From: Octopus sinensis
Lineage: Eukaryota
Direction of reading: 5' to 3'
Assembly (NCBI RefSeq): GCF_006345805.1
Contig: NW_021826451.1
Span: forward strand, 1-12,957
Length of the DNA stretch: 12,957 nt
Position numbers and translations under genes: made by a program. The notes under the pieces are model-generated. The model saw nothing but the letters and a program-made list of their open reading frames with translations, was not told the origin of the DNA and ran no database searches. Each line of letters opens with the position of its first letter. Positions within the stretch are counted from its first letter, which is position 1. Below, one piece after another: positions 9,982 to 12,957 of this stretch.

Positions 9982-10177
9982 GTAAGTAAAACATATCCTC
10001 TTGATTTGAGTGCAAATGATTGTATAATTGTGTGTGTGTGAGTGTGTGTGTGTTTTTTGAAAAGTTATCATATAAACGTAAATATTTTAAATATTTTGAA
10101 AGCGAAACAGAGTAAGTTATTAGAATGATAATATTGGTCGCTGGTTGGTACTATTACCTGGTATTTCAATATTTTAG

Positions 10178-10221
10178 AGTTAAGACCATTCTTCGTCAAA
10201 ATTACAAAAGAGTGGTGTTGA
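10178..10221 (+). CDS. Candidate terminal coding exon (ELRPFFVKITKEWC*)
   Basis: The attttag| acceptor gives a phase-1-compatible short frame, but the stop lies inside a MITE arm. The true last exon may be outside the window. Confidence 0.2.
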
Positions 10222-10565
10222 TAGCTGTTTTCTCTGCCCTCTAGTGTGTGAGTATGGAAGTTATTTGATTTTAGTTACTATAGTGTACAATCAGCTGCGT
10301 GCAGTTCAGATCTGTTATTAATTTACAGGTTGTATTTGCCAATTAAGATAGATTCTATTTCACATACGTTCCCAAAGATTCTTACTGTAGCTTCAATGGA
10401 AACTTGAATTCTTGAGTGTGGCTTCTTCTGTTAAGAATCACCCACGGAAATACCACAGCCAAGACATCTGAACTGCACGCAGCTGGTTGGATACTATAAC
10501 AACGCAAAACAAGTCTCTCTCTCCACACACACACACTAGAGGGCAAGGAGATCAGCTATCAATAC
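10215..10565. mobile_element. MITE-like element with ~100-bp imperfect inverted arms
   Basis: 10215-10311 is inverted to 10466-10565 (ttgatagctg, tgccctctagtgtgtg, cagctgcgtgcagttcagat). No clear TSD. Confidence 0.7.
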
Positions 10566-10623
10566 GTATACGTATATACGTACATACACACACACAAATA
10601 TATATATACTATATATAGATATA

Positions 10624-10865
10624 CTAGTGGGTATATATCCGGTCTGTCTGTACGATGTTGAAATATATTCATAAGGCACATATTGGCATCTATCATAATG
10701 CCGATTTTCTTACAATAAAATTTGTTAAATGATATTTAAATATTGCATAGCATAATTTTACAAATTCATTTAGAATATCCAAATACAAAATATAATATAG
10801 ATAATAACAGAGAATTGTATTGTACGAAAAGTATAAAACGTTTACAGAACTTCTGTATACACAAT
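10624..10865 (-). mobile_element. Helitron 3' end (last codons IVYTEVL*, 3' UTR, CTAG terminus)
   Basis: Minus strand ATT GTG TAT ACA GAA GTT CTG TAA at 10865-10842 continues the helicase from 11429. Ends ...ACTAG|T at 10624. Confidence 0.7.
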
Positions 10866-11428
10866 TAGAAATATTGAATTTCTAAATGTCTCAAAGAGAC
10901 ATGAGCGGTGGTGGAGCGATAGATTGGTTGTATAATGTGAACATAACATGATAGTCCCGTAAGAGAATTACACCACCGTTGTTTAGCCCAAGGAAGCATC
11001 GACGCTTCCAGTTGGTTTTGACACATTTCCTCTGTCCTTATATTTGCGAAGGGGAGGCAAGTACTCCCACCAGCCAAGATTCACACCTGAAGACATGCAT
11101 GTTTCTGGGTCTTACTCGTCATCAGTCCGGGATAGTGAGACCTGCTTGCTGAGATGCCTGTCTAGCCTTCGCAAATATATATATTTACAGTGAAATCTAT
11201 TCACTGGTCACCGTAATTAGAAATATTGAATTTCTAAAGGTTTCAAAGAGACATGAGCGGTGGAGGAGCGAATCCTAAATGGTGGGGGTGTTTGCCTCCC
11301 CTTCGCAAATATAAGGACACAGGAAATGTGTCAAAGCCGACAGGAAGCGTCGATGCTTCCTAGGGCTAAACAGCGGTGGTGTAATTCCCTTACGGGACTG
11401 TCACGTTATGTTGACAGTATACAAGCAC
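10866..11428 (-). mobile_element. Hammerhead-bearing non-autonomous retroelement (retrozyme/Penelope-type), ~1.6 monomers with 5' inversion
   Basis: 14-bp TSD TCTGTATACACAAT (10852-10865, 11429-11442). Direct repeat 10863-10919 = 11215-11271 (period 352). 11271-11428 is the inverse of 10924-11081. Confidence 0.8.
11086..11131 (-). ncRNA. Type I hammerhead ribozyme (decayed stem II)
   Basis: Minus strand: cccgga CTGATGA cgagt-aag-accca GAAA catgcat GTC|ttcagg. Complete core, palindromic stem III ACATGCATGT, GUC cut at 11092/11091. Confidence 0.75.
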
Positions 11429-11674
11429 TCTGTATACACAATGCTTTTAACTTATTTGTTTGAAGCATAATAAAAAATTTCTGTGGGTTTTCTACTCTGG
11501 AACTACCTACATATAATTGATTATGTGAGAACCAACCCTCTTCTCGATGGAGACCGACAAGCTGCAGAGTTTGAGCTCGGGACTTGTTAAGGGTCAATGC
11601 GTAACTGACTCTCACTGGGAATTGCAATCGTTTGAAACGAAAGGGGACATCTGTTGGTATTCTAGGTGCAAATA

Positions 11675-11676
<2 letters not shown>
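11429..11676 (-). pseudogene. Helitron Pif1-like helicase C-terminal fragment
   Basis: PRIPTDVPFRFKRLQFPVRVSYALTLNKSRAQTL..FSHNQLYVGSSRV matches SF1/Pif1 motifs V-VI (QFP..AMTINKSQGQT; HGQLYVA.SRV). Frameshift near the end. Confidence 0.9.
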
Positions 11677-11677
<1 letters not shown>

Positions 11678-11713
<36 letters not shown>

Positions 11714-11811
11714 TTCCTGAAAAAGGAGTATTGTTAGTATTGGTGGTAGCAGTCGTGGTAGTTGTAGTGGAGACGCCTCTGTAGTTGTGGTGCTAGTTGT
11801 AGTGATGCGTG

Positions 11812-11865
<54 letters not shown>

Positions 11866-11910
11866 GAGTGTATTTTACCTTGTTTAAACATATATATATA
11901 TATATATATA
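11678..11910. repeat. (CT)n, degenerate (GTA/GTG)n and (TA)n tracts
   Basis: Seen directly. Confidence 0.9.
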
Positions 11911-12115
11911 CTCTTTTACTCTTTTGCTTGTTTCAGTTATTAGACTGTGGCCATGCTGGAGCGCGCTGCCTTTAGTCGAGCAAATCGACACCAGGAGTTA
12001 TTCTTTGTAAGCCTAGCAGTTATTCTATCGGTCTCCTTTACGAACCGCTATGTTACGGGACGTAAACACACTAACATCTGTGTGTCAAGCGATATTGGGG
12101 GACAAACATAAAACA
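11911..12115 (-). mobile_element. SINE family A, 3' half
   Basis: Reverse complement of 3100-3305 including the tail ctcttttactctttt. Truncated at the internal microsatellite. Confidence 0.85.
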
Positions 12116-12178
12116 CAAAAATACACACACGCACACACACACACGCACACACACATATATATATATAAATATAAATAT

Positions 12179-12209
<31 letters not shown>

Positions 12210-12246
12210 GTATGTATATATATATATTATATATATATATATATAT

Positions 12247-12285
<39 letters not shown>
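12116..12285. repeat. (CA)n/(TA)n microsatellite
   Basis: Seen directly. Confidence 0.95.
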
Positions 12286-12286
<1 letters not shown>

Positions 12287-12489
12287 ATAAAAATAATATT
12301 AGTGGTAATAAGAATATAGAAATAATGGGGAGAGTCATTTTATTTTTGTGCCATATAATTTAACACAATCACCGGTCAAATTTCCACTTATTTCTTATTT
12401 TTATTTTCCAAAAATTTTCGTTGAGTCTTGCAACCTTTTCAATGGTCTTGACTCTGTCCGTTATTTACATTGCATTGCTTTTTACTTGT

Positions 12490-12517
12490 TTGTGCGCATG
12501 TGTGTGGGTCAGTGTGT

Positions 12518-12559
<42 letters not shown>

Positions 12560-12957
12560 CTATGCATGCATGTATGTATGTATATATGTGTGTGTCTGCA
12601 TCTGTACGTATGAATTCTGCATATTCGTGTGCTTGCATGTCCGTGTTTGTGTATTTTTTATGTATGAGTGTGTGTGAGCGTGTGTTTGTATATTTATGCA
12701 CCTGTCTCCATGTGTTTGTGTGTGTGTGTGTTTTGCAACTATGTACCATGTTTGTATGTATGGATGTGCCTCTTTATATGTGTGGACCCGTGTCTCCATA
12801 TGTGTCCTTGTGTGAAGTAAAGTGTGTGTGTCATGTCATTCAGTCTCCATTTGCCTATGTGTGCTTGTCTGTTCTTATAACCTATGAACCTATCCGTCTG
12901 TATCTTGATCTGTTTATTTGTTCATATATATATAATATATATATATATATAATATAT
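12490..12957. repeat. Degenerate (TG)n-rich low-complexity tract ending in (TA)n
   Basis: Seen directly. Confidence 0.85.

Noticed and set aside
10865-11463. Two similar ORFs (10865-11077 minus, 11260-11463 plus) as a duplicated small gene
   Set aside because: They are the inverted copies of the non-coding ribozyme monomer, with non-ATG starts.
11406-11627. Host PIF1 gene exon
   Set aside because: Degenerate motifs, a frameshift, an interrupting insertion, and a Helitron-type CTAG terminus downstream.

Overview
AT-rich, microsatellite-dense eukaryotic DNA. The tRNA-derived SINE families look like those of Octopus (coleoid cephalopod); this is recognition from memory, not a search result. 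A + strand multi-exon gene can be threaded in frame through four GT-AG exons (3641/3643-3973, 4940-5031, 6550-6701, 9878-9981; 226 codons, 3' end uncertain). It encodes a secreted protein with a signal peptide, a PAN/Apple-like Cys domain and an uncharacterised C-terminal domain. The rest is nested mobile DNA: two SINE families, a 761-bp foldback MITE with an 8-bp TSD, a decayed DD34D mariner, a Helitron 3' remnant, a second MITE, a tRNA-like cloverleaf and a probable piggyBac end. The most notable feature is a 563-bp retrozyme/Penelope-type insert (10866-11428) inside the Helitron helicase tail. It has a 14-bp TSD, a 352-nt structured monomer carrying a type I hammerhead ribozyme, and a twin-priming-style 5' inversion ending within ~10 nt of the predicted self-cleavage site. 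A second, unrelated hammerhead lies at 885-953. Nearly all ORFs in the supplied track are microsatellite or repeat artefacts.
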